Position numbers and translations under genes: made by a program
Notes under the pieces: generated by a model
Told to the model about the DNA's origin: nothing
Seen by the model: the letters and a program-made list of their open reading frames with translations, nothing else
The model's database searches: none
Source: a bacterium
GTDB taxonomy: Bacteria > UBA8248
DNA: 64,000 bases
Direction: 5' to 3'
NCBI GenBank assembly: GCA_965219955.1
Contig: OZ244799.1
Span: 3,712,001 to 3,776,000 of the forward strand
Part shown: piece after piece, positions 60,251-64,000 of the stretch
How the letters are laid out: each line of letters opens with the position of its first letter
Numbering within the stretch: position 1 is the first letter of the stretch

Positions 60251-60586
60251 CGCGCAGGCATCGGCTGTGGAGCCGGACGCCGGGGGCGGCCGGAGCGACT
60301 TGATCGATGCGATGAAGCCGGGTCGCGCCGAACCCGCGAGCATCCTCGTGAAAAAAATTCTTGAATCGCGCCCCTCCCATGCTCTAATATGTCTTCAATA
60401 TAATTGCGGCACACATCGACGGCCCTATCCGGAGGCGTGTATGGTGAACCTCGTTCCGCCTCGCCCGCTGAATACATGGCGCGTCCTGTCCGCCTCTTTT
60501 CCGGCCTATCCACGATGTCCTCGTGCGCAACGCCTCCGAAAACAAAACCGATTTCGAGCGGATTTCACCAGAATTGGAGTGAACTC

Positions 60587-61993
<1,407 letters not shown>

Positions 61994-62060
61994 GGGGAAG
62001 GCTGCGAAGAAGTGATTGATTTACAGGCGTGTCCCCCGCCGGGGTTTTGGGAAAGTTGAG

Positions 62061-62089
62061 AGCGCCCGCCATCCGGCGGGCGCTTTTTT
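62061..62089 (+). terminator. Intrinsic terminator after amtB
   Basis: AGCGCCCGCC-ATCC-GGCGGGCGCT-TTTTT. Confidence 0.85.
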
Positions 62090-62152
62090 CGTCAATGAGT
62101 AAAGGAAAATTTCTTTAGCGGATGAGAGGGGCGAACGTAAAGCGGTTTGGCC

Positions 62153-62905
62153 TCACGCCAACCCGAAATACGCCTTGATGCGCCGGGCCGCCTCGTGGGA
62201 GACGCCGCGCATCACCTCGGCCACGCGCTCGGGCGAGGTGTCCTCTATCACGCCGTACCAGCCCGATTCGTACATGTCGCGCACGTCCCTGGGGATGTAG
62301 TAGACCGCCGGGTCGCGCCGGGCCGCGTCGCTCTTCGCTCCGTGGTCCATGGGGGATGCGTCCGTGGCGAGTTCGAGATGTGCGAGCTCGGGCCTGTCGG
62401 CGAGCACGGGGAGGATTTCGAGTTCCCCGCCGTGGGTGAGGCCCACCTCCCCCCCGTAGAGGTTCTTGGCGATGAAGTGCGCGTGAACGATGAGGATCCG
62501 CAAACCCTCGTGCGCGTTCTGGGCGTCTTCGGCCGCTATCTCCATCGCCGGCAGGTTGCGCTCGTGCCAGTTCAGGAACACCATCTTCCTCGCCCCGTGG
62601 CGGTGGAGGCTGCCGACGACGTCGCGCATCAGGTGGATCATCGTCTCCGATCGAAGCGTCACCGTGCCGCCGAAGCCCATGTGCAGGGGGGTGACGCCGA
62701 AGGGGCAGAAATCCACCAGCAATCCGCCGGTGATGGCCGCGACCCGCCTCGCGAAAGACTCCGCCGCGTAGTAGTCCGTACCCATCGGCAGGTGGGCGCC
62801 GTGCTGCTCCACGCTGCCCAGGGGAATGATGGCGAGGCCGGTTTCCTCCAGGATTTTTTCGGCCTCGGGGTTCGTCATCTCCATCAGCGTGCGCGCTTTT
62901 TCCAT
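62153..62905 (-). CDS. Creatininase / creatinine amidohydrolase family protein
   Basis: PLGSVEQHGAHLPMGTD, LNWHERN, HGGELE. Confidence 0.9.
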   Translation of the reverse strand: MEKARTLMEMTNPEAEKILEETGLAIIPLGSVEQHGAHLPMGTDYYAAESFARRVAAITGGLLVDFCPFGVTPLHMGFGGTVTLRSETMIHLMRDVVGSLHRHGARKMVFLNWHERNLPAMEIAAEDAQNAHEGLRILIVHAHFIAKNLYGGEVGLTHGGELEILPVLADRPELAHLELATDASPMDHGAKSDAARRDPAVYYIPRDVRDMYESGWYGVIEDTSPERVAEVMRGVSHEAARRIKAYFGLA

Positions 62906-62909
62906 GACT

Positions 62910-63335
62910 TTATGACTCCTCGTTATGTTCCGGGGGTGACGCGGGAAGCGGCCCTTTGGTTTCCATGAGTTCTATCACCACCCCGTCGGGCCCCTGGAAG
63001 TAGAGGTATTTGAGGTGCGGCATGTCGTCTTCCTCCACGATGGGGACGCCGCGCTCCAACAGAATTGCCCGGGCGGCCTCGAGTTCCCCCTCCCCCACAT
63101 AGAAGCCGATGTGGTCTACGCCCAGCCTGGGGGTGCGGCCCGGGGGCGCAGGTTTCTCTCCGGGGCGGATGCCCCGCACGATGAGCATCCCGCCGCCAAT
63201 CATGAGCTTGGTCTGGGGCGCTCCCTTGCGCTCGCGCGAGTCGACGACGCGCGCGTCCAGGATTTCCCGGTAGAAGCGCACCGCCTCGTCGTGGTCCGTA
63301 TGGAGGATGTGCGCGTGCTCGTAGGTGAGTTCCAT
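62910..63335 (-). CDS. VOC/glyoxalase family protein
   Basis: EHAHI, AVRFYREIL, DHIGFYV, YFQGPDGVVIELME. Confidence 0.85.
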   Translation of the reverse strand: MELTYEHAHILHTDHDEAVRFYREILDARVVDSRERKGAPQTKLMIGGGMLIVRGIRPGEKPAPPGRTPRLGVDHIGFYVGEGELEAARAILLERGVPIVEEDDMPHLKYLYFQGPDGVVIELMETKGPLPASPPEHNEES

Positions 63336-63478
63336 GGCGGTTCTTCTTTCAGGCGCGCCGAGAGAAAGCGCGCTCGATAAAATTTGCCCATACATGATTT
63401 AGGTTGAACAACCTGCATTCTGGCGCAAAAGACCCTTTTTTTGAAGGGAGAGCCGTGAATTTCGCCTCCCCTGGAGGG

Positions 63479-63960
63479 GGCTGTTGAAAAAGCCCTCCTG
63501 AGGAAGGGAGGGCATCCCGATCATCGAATTGTTTACCGTAGGGACAGGCCTCCGTGCCTGTCCTGACGAAGGACAACCACGGAGGGCAGGACAGGCACGG
63601 AGGCCTGTCCCTACAAAACCATCGTACCCCCCACCGCTTGAGAGGACTTTTTCAACACCCCCCCCCTGGGGGGACTGTTGAAAAAGTCATCCCCGGTCGA
63701 AATTGACCACCGACGTCATTCCGGCGAAAGCCGGAATCCATTTTCAAGCAGAATGACGATACGCCGGCTTTTCATCTCCTCGTCATTGGCGCAAACCAAT
63801 CAGAAAAGAAAAAACAAAGACAAAGCAAACGGATTCCGTCGAACCCTCTCTCCGCGGTCGGCTCCGACACCGGAATGATGAACAAAACCGCACCGCCTCA
63901 TAGCAACCTCGGACAGGCACGGGGGCCTGTGCGGACTGTTTCAACGACCCCTGGAGGCGG
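63479..63960. repeat. Two tandem MITE-like elements carrying REP palindromes
   Basis: GTTGAAAAAG 63483...CTTTTTCAAC 63656, then GTTGAAAAAG 63677...CTGTTTCAAC 63945. Confidence 0.8.
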
Positions 63961-64000
63961 CAAAGCCCTTGAGGCGAGGCCGGCGGAATGCCGTCGCCCC

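Overview
Bacterial genomic window, mostly high-GC. About 1-9.3 kb is a visibly AT-richer accessory island: a helicase/nuclease-like C-terminal fragment, a membrane protein with a HEPN-like motif, a DUF2235/Tle1-like lipase plus a lectin-like partner, a decayed IS256 and an FRG-domain protein. About 9.3-15 kb is a mirror-symmetric locus holding five mosaic paralogs of an unrecognised secreted Cys-rich protein family (core YAASCNHR), bracketed on both sides by the same decayed partner gene and DUF4338-like remnants. About 15.5-23.2 kb encodes surface/secreted proteins (TbpB-like lipoprotein, ricin-B lectin, lipoprotein autotransporter). Between them sits an array of six TTGACA-N17-(G/C)ATCAT promoter + stem-closed structured-RNA cassettes. 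About 23.7-64 kb is housekeeping and catabolic: rimO, csaA, hydantoinase/oxoprolinase A/B, S41 protease, Liv-type ABC transporter, gpmI, CoA-transferase III, FAH, aminotransferases, amtB, creatininase. It is interspersed with composite REP/MITE repeats. The ORF track splits three genes at in-frame TGA codons that lie in UxxC/CxxU redox motifs and are followed by SECIS-like hairpins: a GrdB/PrdB-like, a UGSC-family and an AhpD/CMD-like selenoprotein. No rRNA, tRNA, CRISPR array or intact integrase was recognised. All calls come from reading motifs by eye; no database searches were run.
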